Part shown: positions 40,460 to 57,641 of the stretch, piece after piece
Layout of the letters: each line of letters opens with the position of its first letter
Numbering within the stretch: position 1 is the stretch's first letter
NCBI RefSeq assembly: GCF_009914755.1
Contig: NC_060925.1
Source of the DNA: the human T2T-CHM13v2.0 reference genome, Homo sapiens
Length of the DNA: 64,000 bases
Direction: 5' to 3' (one strand)
The notes under the pieces: generated by a model
Databases searched by the model: none
The model's input: the letters and a program-made list of their open reading frames with translations, nothing else
What the model was told of the DNA's origin: nothing
Position numbers and translations under genes: made by a program

Positions 40460-41847
40460 TAGGTTATGAAGAGTTAACAAACACCCCCACAATCTCAATG
40501 CTTTACCACCAACGAAGGTGGTAATGAATGAGACGTAATGAATGAGAGTATTTGTGAACAGCACTGATGACCACCATACCAGTAAGCTTAGAGAGCAACC
40601 AGGCCAGATTGATTAGGAGGATGGAGGGGTCTGAGAAGATAAAAAGGGGATCCGTTAGACCGTCTGACATGATAGAGCACAGAGAGGTGCAACTGTCCAG
40701 ACCTAATGAATGAGAATAACTTAAGGAAAACAGTACAAGAGAAAAGAAAGTAGAAACTCTGGGAAAAACAAACTGTTCTATAAGAAAGGAAGGGAAATGA
40801 TAGTACCTAATTTGTCTCTGAAATAAATTAGTTATTTATCAGCTATTCTCATAGCTGATAATAATGTAAATGCTGCCAGGCGAGGTAGCTCACGCCTGTA
40901 ATCCTAGCACTTTGGGAGGCTGAGGTGGGCTGATCACTTGAGGCCAGGAGTTCGAGACCAGCCTGGCCAACATGGTGAAACCCCGTCTCTACTAAAAATA
41001 CAAAAATTAGCTGGACATCGTGGCACACACTTGTAATCCCAGCTACTCAGGAGGCTGACGCAGGAGAATCACTTGAACTCGGGAGGTGAAGGTTGCAATG
41101 AGCCGAGACTGCACCATTCTGGGTGAGATTCTAGCTCTGGGCGACAGAGAGCGACTCGGTCTCAAAAAAAAAAAAAAAAAAAATTAAATGCTGTATATTA
41201 GGGTCAATCTGTAGTAAGGTTTGCAGATGTAATTACGGTTATAGAACAGAATTTAATGTTAACAACTTTGAAAATTTGAAAGTTCAAACAAAGTAAGAGA
41301 GGTAGAAAGGGGAGAGGAAAGTTAAAGGGGAAAGAAAGGGGCCTAATGTCCTCATTTTACAAAATGGGAAGTCACACACTATTATCTAAGATTACGGAAC
41401 AATGGAAAAGAGTTTATTTGCAAAGGTAGGGAGTGAAAAACACTGATGGAGCATTGTTGGGGTTGGGAGAGAGAAGAGTTATGGTGCTGGTATGTGTTAA
41501 TTTATTATCTATTATGGATGATCATCTACAGATAATGTTTAAAATTGATTAAGCAAGGAATTGCTGCGTAAGCACATTATTTTGAAAAATGGAAATGGCA
41601 ACTAGAAAAAATAGCTAAAAGAACTAAAAAATGGTTGTGTCTTAGGAGCAGGACTAGCATTCAGGGGAGAGAGGTACAGATGAACTGCTTTTTACTATGA
41701 ATCTGTCAATAATATTTAATTTGAAAATCATGTGCTTATATTTCTTAGGTTAAAAAGCCATTTAAAATACAAATACAAAAATTTGGCCAGGCGTGGTGGC
41801 TCACGCCTGTAATCCCAGCACTTTGGGAGGCCGAGATGGGTGGATCA

Positions 41848-42540
<693 letters not shown>

Positions 42541-42928
42541 GAAACAGGGTCTCGCTCTGTCACCTGGGGTGTGATCATGGCTTACTGCAGCCTTGATCTC
42601 CCTGGGTTCAGGTGATCCTCCTACCTCAGCTTCTCAAGTAGCTGGGACTACGGGTTGGTGCCACCACGCCCGGCTATTTTTTTGATTTTTTTGTAGAGAC
42701 GAGGTTTTGCCATGTTGCTCAGGCTGGTCTCAAACTCGTAGGCTCAAGCATAGTGAGCTGGTTAGTGGCAGAACTGGATTCAAACACAGGTCTTTTGACT
42801 TTCAGTCTAGGGCTCGACTCGCTTGCTCCACAAGCTACTCAATAAACATTATTGAGCACATACTTTGGTCTGGATATGGTGCCAGGTGCTAGGGCCAAGA
42901 TGAATAAGTCCTCTTGTATTGTTCATAG

Positions 42929-43157
<229 letters not shown>

Positions 43158-43545
43158 TAGCCAGGATGGTCTCGATCTCCTGTGATCACCGCGCCCGGCC
43201 CTAGTTTTTTTTTTTTAATTGACACATAAAAATCATATGTGGCCTGGCGTGGTGGCTCACGCCTGTAATCCCAGCACTTTAGGAGACCAAGGCAGGCAGA
43301 TCACGAGGTCAGGAGATCGAGACTATCCTGGCCAACATGGTGAAACCCCGTCCCTACTAAAAATACAAAAATTAGCTGGGCGTGGTGGCATGTGCCTTTA
43401 ATCCCAGCTACTCAGGGGACTGAGGCAGGAGAATCGCTTGAACCAGGGAGTCAGAGGTTGCAGTGAGCCAAGATTGTGCCACTGCACTCCAGCTTGGCAA
43501 CAGAGCAAGACTCCATCTCAAAAAAAAAAAAACAAAAACAAAAAA

Positions 43546-43870
43546 CCGTATGTATTTATGGTATACTACATGATATTTTGAAATATATATACATTGTGGA
43601 ATGGCCAAATCAAGCTAATTAACACACATATTACCTCACATATTTATGTATTTGTACTGAGAACATGTGTTATTGGTATTTTGATAGGGATTGCATTGAA
43701 TCTTTAGATTGCTTTGAGTAGTATGGACACTTTAATAATATTAATTCTTCCAGTTCATGAACATGGGATATCTTTCAATTTATTTGTGTCTTCTTCAATT
43801 TCTTTCATCAATGTTTTTAGAGTTTTCAGTGTATAGCTCTTTCAACTCATTGGTTAAATTTATTCTTAAA
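43546..43870 (-). mobile_element. L1MA antisense fragments (3' end joined to ORF2 piece)
   Basis: TACATTGTGGAATGG...AAGCTAATTAACA and GGGATTGCATTGAATCT...CATGAACATGGGATATCTTTC motifs. Confidence 0.7.
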
Positions 43871-44131
43871 ATAAAATAACACAGTTCTAAATAACGCATG
43901 GGTCAAGAAGTCATAAGAGAGATAAGAAATTGTTTCAATCTAAGTGAAAACACAATGTTGGCCAGATGCAGTGGCTCACACCTGTAATCCCAGCACTTTG
44001 GAAGGCCGAGGTAGGCAGACCACTTAAGCTCAGGAGTTCGAGACCAGCCTGGGCAACATGGCAAAACCCCGTATCTACAAAAAATACAAAAATTACCTGG
44101 GCCTGGTGGCATACCTCTGAAGTCCCAACTA

Positions 44132-44233
<102 letters not shown>

Positions 44234-44715
44234 TCAAAAAAAAAAAAAAAAAGAAGAAGAAGAAGAAGAAAAAAGTTAACTCCTTTGGAATTTAGCTAAG
44301 GCAGTGTTTGAGGAAATTATATAGCATTAAACACTTAAATTAGAAAAAAGGAAAGGTCTCTTATAAATTACCTAAGCTTCCGTCTTTACAAAACCAGAAA
44401 GTGGCAGAAGAGAGGATATAATAAAGATAAATGTAGAAATTAATAAACATAAGACAAAAAGGCAATAGGAAAAATCAATGAAACAAAAATTTGGTACTTT
44501 GAGAAGATTAATGAAATTGAGCAAATGGCTGATTAGGAAAAAGAAAGAAGACATAAATTGTCAATCTCAGAAATGATAGATTTCTACAGATTTGATGGAC
44601 ATTAACTAGGTAATAAGGAAATATTGTGAATAACTTTATGCCAATAAATTTGAAATTTTTGATGAAGTACAGAAAGATACAAAGCACCAAAGCTCATTCA
44701 AGAAGAAATAGGTCA

Positions 44716-45081
<366 letters not shown>

Positions 45082-46070
45082 TTACGTCACATAATGACTT
45101 TGCTGGTGAATTTTATCAAACATTTAAGGAATAAATAATAGCAATTCACAAAGTCATTTGGGAAACTGAAAAGAAGGCAACACTTCCCAACTCATTCTAT
45201 GAGGTTAGCATTACCCCGATATTACAACCAGGTAAAAATATTACAAAGAAAGAAATCTGCAGAACAATATCCATAATTAAATAGATGCAAAAAATTTTAA
45301 CAAAAATCAACACCACTAATATATAGAAAGTAAGATACATCATTACACAATGCATAATCTCAAGAGTGAAAGATTAGTTTAATATTTGAAAATTATTCAG
45401 TGTAATTTACCATGTTAATTTACTAAAAAGGATAAACCATGTGATCATCTCAATAGATACAGGGAAGCATTTGGTGAAATCCAACATCTGTTCATGACAA
45501 AAACTTGCAGCAAATTAGGAATAGAAGGAAGGGAACTTCTGCAACCTGTTAAAGCGCATCTACAAAAAAACCTATCTCTAATGTTATGCTTAATTATGAA
45601 AGAGTGAGTGCCCTTCTCTCTTAGATCAGGAACAATGCAAAGATGTCCTGTTTTTCCCACTTCTGTTCAATGTCATGCTGGAGTGTGTAATCATACTATG
45701 GAACCGTGATAATGAAGTCCAGAATAAAGAAGATTTTATCCAGAATAAAGAAGAAGGGAGTTAATCTCTACACAATAAATAAAATATTCCTAAATTGGGA
45801 GAAATCTAAAAATAAATAAATGAATAAAAATAAAGACATGCAGATAGGAAATGAAGAGGTAAAACTATTTGCAGACAACATGGTCATCTATAAAGAAAAT
45901 TCTGAGGAATCTACAAAATACTGCTAAAAGTATGTGAGTTTAGTAAGTTTCAAGACACATACTCAGCATACCAAAATCAATGGTATTTCTACATGCTTAC
46001 AACCTTCTGCTTGAAATTGAAATGTTAAAAGTACATTTATGATAGTATTAATATGGGAAATACTTAGTGA

Positions 46071-47424
<1,354 letters not shown>

Positions 47425-47630
47425 GATATGCAAGACCTGTAGCTTGAAATTACAATACACTGCCGAGAGAAATTAAAGAAAATCTAAATAGATAGAGAGA
47501 TATATCATGTTCATCAATCAAAATTATTAATCTCAGTTCTCTCCAAATTAACCTATAGATTCGACATAATCCCAACCAAAATCCAAGCAGGCTTTTAAAA
47601 AAGAAATGGATAAGCTGATAATAAAATTTA

Positions 47631-48128
<498 letters not shown>

Positions 48129-48220
48129 CTATTACTCAAGACTTGAGCTCCTGTGCTTAAGCAGTCCTTGTGCCTCAGTCTCCTGAGCAGCTGGGACTAC
48201 ATGCCATTGTTAGGCACTTA

Positions 48221-48553
<333 letters not shown>

Positions 48554-48967
48554 CTACACACAGATATGAACACAAATGCTCATGCCAGCTTTATTTGTAT
48601 GATAGCCAGTAACTAGAAACAACTAAAAATCCATCATCAATAGGTGAATGGATAAGCCAATTCTGTTCTATTCATACCATGGCATTCTGCTCAGCAATAA
48701 TAAAAGAGAACAAATTATTGATATATGCAACAAAACATATGAATTGCAAAATAATTATGCTGAGTGAACAAAGGCAGAGAAAAATAATACATACTGTATG
48801 ATTCCATTTATATAGAATTTTAGAAAATGAAAACTAATCTAGGGACAGAAGCAGATTATTATTTGCTTGGGGATGTGGGGAAGTGGGCAGTGTAGGGCCA
48901 TGAGGAAACTTTGGGGGTGATGAATATGTTCATTACCTTGACATGGTGATGAATGAGATGATGGAGA

Positions 48968-49181
48968 TATATACATATATACATGTATACACACACACAC
49001 ACTATATATATGCATATATATGCATATATATGCATATATATATGCATATATATAGTGTGTGCGTGTTTTGATATACATATGTAATTTATATGCATACGTA
49101 TATATATACATATGTATATATGTGTGTGTTTTGATATACATATGTAATTTATATGCATATGTATATATTATGTATGTATAT
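48968..49181. repeat. Compound (TA)/(CA)/(TATATATGCA)n low-complexity repeat with an internal ~60-bp duplication
   Basis: TGTTTTGATATACATATGTAATTTATATGCAT occurs twice (~49064 and ~49127). Confidence 0.8.
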
Positions 49182-49359
49182 CAAAACTCATCAAATGGCA
49201 CACTTTAAATATGTGCAGTTGTTTAGTAACTGTATCTCAATAAAGCTATTAAAAACAAAACAGGCTGGGAGTGGTGGCTCATGCCTGTAATCCCAGCACT
49301 TTGGGAGGCCGAGGTGGGTGGATCACGAGGGCAGGAGATCGAGTCCATCCTCGCCATCA

Positions 49360-49588
<229 letters not shown>

Positions 49589-50062
49589 CTAAATAAATTG
49601 AAGTAGATCCACATAAAGAAATACTGTGTAGCAATAAAAATCATGGAAAGGCTCAGCACAATGGTTCATGCCCGTAATCCCAGCACTTTAGGAGGCTGAA
49701 GGGGAAGGATCACTTGAGGCCAGCAGTTCAAGTCCAGCCTGGACAGATGGGTAGATCCCATCTCTACGATTAAAAAAAAAAAAAAGAAAGAAAATCATGA
49801 AAAGATAATTGTTTAATATTTGATAATTAAGAGAAAAAGCAGATTACAAAACAGTGTATCCAATATGGTTAATCTGAGTATTTTCAGGATTCACCACTTG
49901 ATTAGAGTGGCACATTAAAATTAAACCATGGTTTACACAGACCAGATTCATCTTGCCAGGGTGGGAATTCCCCTTCTCAGCACAGTCCACCTGCCCCATA
50001 TGTTTCTGGGTGTTCCCACATGTGCCTCACTTGCACTTGGAAAGTGATCTAAGATGTCCTTT

Positions 50063-50146
50063 TGTAGTAGGATGAGCTGCAGACAAAACTCCTTAGACAC
50101 TGGATTAAAGAAGGAAGAGGTTTTTATTCGGCCGGGAGCGTCGGCA
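50063..50146 (-). mobile_element. Short 3' (R-U5) fragment of an ERV-K HML-5 type LTR (LTR22-like)
   Basis: TGTAGTAGGATGAGCTGCAGACAAAAC...TTTATTCGGCCGGGAGC resembles the reverse complement of the LTR22 3' end, including its AATAAA. Confidence 0.55.
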
Positions 50147-50654
50147 CTTTGCTGTTGCTGACACCTGGGGCCTCTGCTGAGCTGAGGCTCCAACACTGAT
50201 GAGGACAGCTGAGCAAAAGATGGCTGGAGTGGCCATCCAGGCTGCTGCCAAAGCCCCATGCACGGGGTGTTCATCATTCTGCCATGACATTGAACCCTTA
50301 CCGTGCTCTCAGAGGATGGTGGAAGCAAGTGACAAAGCCAAGGCCTCCGTTTTTGTTACACCGAGAGGCCCTCCACAGGAGGGCTGCTTGGGCCCCAGGT
50401 GGCCAAGCTCAGCACAGCTGCTCTCTTTGTACATAAATTGCCCTTTTCTCCCCAGAGTTGTGGGGGCAGGATGAGTTCAGGTGCCAGCCTCTGTGGGTGC
50501 CTGGAATGCCTAGCCCCCTCCGAATCCCTGGTTCTGGTGTGTTGAATGTACTCCACCTGCCAAGTGCCTCCTCCTCCGGGGATTCACTTCCTTCTTAGAA
50601 GGGACCACCACTGTGTTTTGTCAGGCCCCTTCTAAGTTTGCCAGCTGAGCCTAG

Positions 50655-50927
<273 letters not shown>

Positions 50928-51359
50928 TGATCCACCCGCCTAGGCCCCCCAAAGTGCTGGGATTACAGGCGTGAGCCACCACGCCCGGCCTGATGGACGT
51001 TTTTCTGAGCGACTCTTCTGAGCCCGTGATCACACATTGTAGATTTCATATCATCTCTTACATAACAATACATACGGGGGGTGGGGAGGGAGTGGTACCA
51101 CCATCTCTTACCAACCACGTCTGCATCTGCCAGCTCTAGTCTAGCTTCTCTCTGAGTAAAGACATCTTGGGTGGTATGCATTTGCTTTGTGCTGTGCAAA
51201 ACTATCCACTTTTTTTTTTCTCTTTCTATCAATACCCATGAGGACAAGCACAGCGCATCCTGCTCAGAACCTCATCCCAGGACACAGTGCGTGGTCTGGC
51301 ACATAGTAGGTGCTCAGTCAAGGTGTGAACGAATAGCAAATATCCCTTTGGAAGGCTGA

Positions 51360-52330
51360 GTGGCCGGCTCCGCATCGCAGAAGGCGGCTCAGGGGCGCTC
51401 CGCCCGGACTTTGCCTGGTGCAGCCGCCCGCGTTTCCGCCTGCGCCCAGCGCCCGGGGATTGACGCCTTGCGGGCGGGGAGCCTGGCGCCGGCGGGGCCC
51501 AGGCCTGTGTGATGTGCAGCCTGGGCAGCCCCGGGTGCCGCACCCGCGCCGGAGGGGCGGGGAAGGGCAGAGCCGTCCAGGAACTCTACAGCGCCGCCGC
51601 CTCCGCGCCTCCCTTCAGCCTGCCCGCAGCTTCCCGCCTCTGGCTGGGCTCGGGGACCTCGGAGGCCTGTTTCTGAGCCCCTCCCCGCGGACTCGCTCCC
51701 CGGACGCCCCCAGCGGGCTCCTCTGGCCTCGGCCCTGCACGCCGCCGGGGCGGAGCCTCCCATCCTTTGGGTAAGAGCCCCTTCCCCGCCCCGCGCGGGG
51801 GAAGGGCCCCGTTTCCTGGGCTCCTCCTGTGCTCCAGCACGCTGCCTGGGGAGATCAGCCTGTACCCCGGCGCTGGCCTCCAGACAGCCAGGTGCTGCCT
51901 CGCACGGTCTTGCTTGCAGGCTGGGGCATGAAGCACCCTGGTATTTACGCTGGGATTGGTCTCTCACTAGGGTTGGGGCGGGCTGTGGTCACCTGGCCCG
52001 GCGCGCCGCAGAGGCTGGCTCCGGAGAAGACCTGGGGGCGCAAGACTCAGAGGCCAGAGGGTGCAGCCGCTGCTGACTCATTTGCGGACGGGGCGGCTGG
52101 GAGGAGCGCTAGCCCCTGTTGTGAGCGATTTGAGAGCCAGGGCCAAATCTGGGTCCAGACGGCCAGCTGGGCCAGCGAGGGGATTCCAGTCCCCACAGGA
52201 GGAGGTGGTGAGAGAGGGAGAGGGAGGGCATATCTGAGGCCCCTAGGCAGGATGCGTTCAGGGCTGGGCCCCACAGCCTGCTCATCCATCCTGAATCTGG
52301 CCTCCGGGACTTGGCGTTCCCGCCCTCCGT
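51360..52330 (+). promoter_or_regulatory. CpG island; likely upstream alternative ACOT11 promoter and non-coding first exon ending at 51770
   Basis: Very high CpG/GC density with multiple GGGCGG boxes. Strong donor TGG|GTAAGA at 51770/51771 on the same strand as ACOT11, about 5.9 kb upstream of the ATG exon. Confidence 0.7.
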
Positions 52331-54536
52331 CCCCACCAGGCTGTGTCTTCTTTCCTCTGGACACTTCTTTCCCCCTCCCCCGGTTTCTCACAGCTTTCCT
52401 TGCCCCACCTTCTCCATAAAGAAATGTGGCTGTGAGAAGCGCCACGTTTTGAAGCCAGGTCACCTCCACTTCCTCTAGTGCTGGTATCACTAACCCCTTC
52501 CTCTGTCCTTCCTTCCTTTGTCCCTCTCCCCCGCATTTATCCCACAACTTCCTTTATTCTGTCATGCCATGCCTAAGGGGCCCCTAGGAGGGGTCAGGAG
52601 CAACTGGGAGTTTTTAGTTTGGAGAACAGGAGGGAATGAGAACGTTCTTGCGTCCACTCATTCATTTGAGCATGCATTTACACATGCGTTTACTTCCATT
52701 CACTCACTCATACATTCCTTCATTCTTTTGCAGTTAATTACTCATTCATTCATTTTCTGGACACTTACTGAGCATCTACTGTGTTCAAGGCCCTGAGTGT
52801 TTGGGGGAGGGGCCAGGATACTCTGATTGGCCAGTCCCATCCCTGATGCCAGCTAGCTCAAGGTCAAAAAGGGGGAATTAGCACAAATCAGTCCAATTTA
52901 TGAGAAAATGCACCGAGAAAGGGCTGTGAAGTGTGTGTGTGTTGTGTGTGTGTGTGTCTGTGTGTGCACAGGCGTTGGGGCACATAGGGGGAGAATGTAA
53001 TTCCACTTAGGAGGGGCCAAGAAGGCTTCCTGGAGGCAGTGACATTTGAGCTGGCCTTGATGGCGGGCACGGTTTGGATGTAGACTTATTAAACGGGCAT
53101 CAGGGTGGAGGGAACAGCAGAAACAAAGGACACACCAGGGGTGTGAGGGAGCAGTGGGCAGTTCTATTCATGGCATGAGGGGATCAGAAGAACGAAGTCT
53201 GGACAGCGAGGCCAGGGCTGAGTGGAGGACAGGAGAGAGGAGCAGCCTTGTTCTGAGCAGCCCAGAGCCACGGTCACGGCAAGACCCTTCTGGCTCTTGT
53301 GTGTGTGTGGAGCTGTTGGTTCTGGTAGAAGCTGTAGGAGTTCAGCTAGGACAGTACTGAAAGCGGAAGTTGGTGTAGATGGTGTGAGACGTCCCTCCTC
53401 TCCAGAGAGTCCGTGGTCCTGTCTGGAAAGGCCAAAAAGCCAGGAGAGGGAATTCCTGGGAGATTGGTTATTTTATTCACTCATTCATTTCCTCTTTTGC
53501 CCTTAAACCCACTCATTCATTCATTCTTCACTTAGTCACCAAACCCTTCCTCTGGGCAAGCCTTGTGCTGGGGACTCAGATGATTCAGAAGAGGTCCCTG
53601 CTCATGTGAGCTCCCAGTCTGGTGGGAGAGACAGATCCGTGCCTGACAGCTGCAACCCAGAATCACTGTGGAATGTAAATGGAGATAATTTCATTGTGTT
53701 TTGTCACTGAGTGGGGAGGCCGAGTTGAGACATGGACCAGAAGAATTAATGCAGACGTTTGGCCTCCAGCCAGAAAGGCCTGATCCATGGGGCCAGGTGA
53801 AGAAGGTTGTAGTTTGGGAAAATGAGTGTTTGAAAGAGAAAATCCTCTGGGTTCACAGGTGTGAAGAGGCAGGCTTTCTCTAAATGTGAGACTCCCCAGA
53901 GGCCCACTTAGGGACTGGGCCTTTGGGCTGAGGTCACCACAAACTCCCCTCACATTAGAGATGAACCTGCGGGATTTGGGAGCCCCTAGAGAATTTTCTG
54001 GCTGGTCAGCATAAGCTATAAGCAGGTTGTGGAGGGTGGTGGTTAAATCTGTGGGCTTCGGACTTAGATCAGGGTTCAAATCCCGATGTTCCCTTCCCAG
54101 TGATGTGACTTTGGACAAATGACTTAATACTCTTTGCCTCCATTTTTTCCTCTACAGGAAAATAATAATCATAGTATCTTCCTTTTAGGGTGAGGCCTAA
54201 AGGCAATAACATACACGATGTGCGTGCACAGTGCTGGGCATTGAAAAGGGCTATAATGATAGGGTTATAATGACAGTGACTATGATGATGACAGTGACAT
54301 ACTATCAAGTGCTGCCTTTAAAATCTCTGGGCCTCGGCCGGGCGCAGTGGCTCATGCCTGTAATCCCAGCACTTTGGGAGGCCGAGGTGGGCAAATCACT
54401 GAGGTCAGGAGTTCGAGACCAGCCTGGCCAACATGGTGAAATCCCATCTCTGCTAAAAAATATTAAAAAACAGGGCCGGGTGTGATGGCTCACGCCTGTA
54501 ATCCCAGCACTTTGGGAGGTCGAGGTGGGCCGATCA

Positions 54537-54810
<274 letters not shown>

Positions 54811-54997
54811 TCAGGAGCCTGAGTCAGGAGGATCGCTTGAACCCAGGAGGTGGAGGTTGCAGTGAGCCGAAATTGCGCCACTGCACCCAGCCTGGGTGAC
54901 AGAGTGAGACTCTGTCAAAAAAAAAAAAAAAAAAAGAACAAAAAATCTCTGGGCCTCATTGTCCCCGGGTGTAAAATGGGAGGGCTGACCCCAGCTC

Positions 54998-55178
54998 GCC
55001 AGTTCTCCAAGCGCGGTCCCTGGACCATAGGTATCCTTTGGGGTCTTGTTAGAAACGCAAATTCTTGGGTGCTGCTTCAGTTCTATGGAATCAAAAACTG
55101 TGGGGACAGGGCCCAGCAATCTATATTTTGACAAGCCCTCCAGGTGATTCTGGTGCAGGCTGGAGTTTGAGAACCGCA
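54998..55178. mobile_element. MER5A (hAT-Charlie) DNA transposon
   Basis: CTTGTTAGAAACGCAAATTC...GGGCCCAGCAATCT...ACAAGCCCTCCAGGTGATTCTGGTGC...GTTTGAGAACC. Confidence 0.78.
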
Positions 55179-57299
55179 GACCTCTTCTTGATCCCCGTTC
55201 AGGGCTGTGATCCAGCCATGTGTGTTTCATGCCTCCTGCACATGGTGTCCAAGTCTGCAGGGTGGTGGGGAGGGGGCACAGAGATAGGTAAGATGTGGTC
55301 CAAGCCCTCAGGGAGCTCGTGGGTGAGTTGGAAAGGGGAGACAGACACCCATGGGAACATTCACTGGAGTAACAGACTGCACAGAGCTGTTGCGGCGACA
55401 CAGGAGTGAGCTCTGTAATAGAAAGCGCAGAGAGGAGAGGGACCTTTGTGGGTTGGAGGGGCACCTGTTGAAAGATCTAGCTCTCTGCTGCTTGTTCCTA
55501 ACACTAAGATTGATTCAGCCTTTCTGGAAGTCCTCTCGTAAGTCTAACTGAAGCCTCTCTCATTTCATGCCTTGCTGTGTGGGGGGTGGACAGGGCTCTG
55601 GACTTGAGGTCAGGGGTGTGATTCTAGCCAACTTCCTCACTGTGTGTCTTTGGGAGCCTCACTTTCCTCCGGGCCTCAGTTTAGCCATCTGTAACATGCA
55701 GGGGTGAGCCAAATCCAGTGAGTGTGGGACATTGCAGTTGTCTGGAGAGAGGGTAGGCTTGGGAGCCAGGAGCTCTCTGGGTTTTCATTCCTCCTTCTGC
55801 AGAGGGAGGATTCTGAAATTGCCCTGGCTGCCTGTCAAGTTAGCTTGGGGACCCATAAGATGAGATATCCCCTCTTTGGGCTGACTTCCTTACCATCCAG
55901 GGAAGTCTCATGACACCTGTCCTGTCCGCCTCACGTGGCTTTCCTCATGTCGAGCGTGCTCGTCATTCTGTCATTCTCACAGGCTCCTTGATGCCTAAAG
56001 CCCAATGTCTGGCATTCGAGCCCTCCATGACAGGTTCCCAGCTTTCCTGCAAGGCCATGCTCCTCACGGCCTATGACTGCCTCCTGTTCTGCGCCTGTCA
56101 GGTCTTCCACCTCACCCCTCTTCTCAGCCTATCCAAGCCCATTCAGTCTTCAGGCGAGCTCTAGCACTATCTCCTCCAGGAAGTCTCCAGGATTGCTCCA
56201 ATCCTCAGGGCCATCCATGGGCCATCTTGCAGTCTTTAAGGTGTGACTTCAATTTCTCATTTGTAGACACAGAATGGCTGACCACTAACAAGCTGTTTGA
56301 GGGCAAGGCCTGAGCTCATGGGGATGGACATTATTAGAGTCCTTGACTTGTGGAGCAGGGAGGCCCAGAGAAAGGAGGGAACTTGCCCAGAGTCACATGG
56401 TACACTAGTGAAAGAAGGAGAACTCAGGCTTCTTAGGCAAGACAGGCCTGGAGGATGCATGATTAGATCTGTGGTGAATGAGCGAGAGGCCCTGAGGATG
56501 GAAGGAAGGCTGTGCCCTCGGAATCCAGCGGGTCTGTCCCAGCTGGTCTGTGCTGTCACTGGCTGTGCCACCTGGGGCATGTCACGTACCCTTCCTAAGG
56601 AATCTTCCCAGTGGGGTTGGAGGAAGACCAGCCCGAGGCCTGTCACACGGCAGGTGCTTGGTTATTATGGGGTGCATGCTATTATTTTCCATCTACTTGT
56701 CCATCCCAGCCCCCATGCCTGAATCCTTTCCCTGCCCCTCCACTTCCCACCCCCCACTTCCCTTAGCCACCAAGCACTCATTGTCCTGTCCTTAGTCCAA
56801 CGTGAGTGTCAAGACCTCCTGATCAAGCCTGTGGGCAGAAGTCAGAGGGAGAAGGGAAAACCCTGGTGGTCTCTCAGTTGGTGGTGGCTAGAGAGAAACT
56901 GGAGTGGGTGCCCCAAGGGGCTGAAGCCTGTGTGGCCATCGGGGTGGAATTTGGCAGGTGCCACTTTTAGAAAAGTCACACTGCCTATTTAAAGGAAGTG
57001 AGGGGTGTGTCCTGTCCCCAACCAGCAACTGCTGGATGCCTGCGGCCTGGAGCTGAGGAGCTGGTGGGCAGCGCTCCCGGGGTGAAGAATCCTAGCAGGT
57101 GGGTCTGGTATCTCTCCGGGAGGTTGCTGGCAGCTCCTTGGCCTCCTGCCACCTTCCAGCCTGACCCCTTGTGGACGGATGGAAGCCTCATGGCTGTTTT
57201 GCCCATCTGCTGGCTGGGATCAGGGACCTGGACCCCCACCAGCCCCCTTCCCTGGGAGTGATCACAGAGCCAAGAGACACTGTTGGCAGGATGATGAGC

Positions 57300-57641
57300 T
57301 CTGGGACTGGGGGTGCCTGGAGTTTGGCTGGGGCTGGGTGCCCAGTGGGCGGGCACAGGCCCCTTGACGTGGCTGTGGCCTAGCTGGCAGCCTCGTCCTT
57401 CCTCTCCGCTAGGCGGGCACTGGAGCTTTCTGTGCAGGGCTCCTAGGAGAAGGGGGGTAGAGGGCAGTCTGAAGAGAGGCGGGACGCGGGGTGATAACAG
57501 CTGGCTCTGGTGGGCGGGCGGGAGCTGGGGAGGAGGAGCAGGAGAGGCCCACAGGCTTCATTTGGAGTCAGGCCTGGCTGTTGCTCAGGTGACCAGCTTG
57601 TGTCTCTGGGAGGGCGCTGCTTTCCCCGGCCACCCGGCGCG
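57300..57641 (+). promoter_or_regulatory. ACOT11: ACOT11 proximal promoter and 5'UTR
   Basis: CpG-containing, TATA-less. GC boxes and G-runs GGGCGGGCGGGAGCTGGGG at 57512-57530, TGATAA at 57492, E-box CAGCTG at 57498, TGACGTGG at 57365. Directly precedes the ATG. Confidence 0.75.

Noticed and set aside
49870-49950. Short palindromes (CCACT..AGTGG, AAACCATGGTTT, AATCTG..CAGATT) suggesting a MITE or structured RNA
   Set aside because: The stems are too short, and I can identify neither a TSD nor a family. Compatible with chance.
51229-52547. Overlapping 100-196 aa ORFs in the CpG island (also 8264-9218)
   Set aside because: GC-rich DNA is depleted of stop codons. The products are Pro/Arg/Gly/Ala-rich with no recognisable domain.
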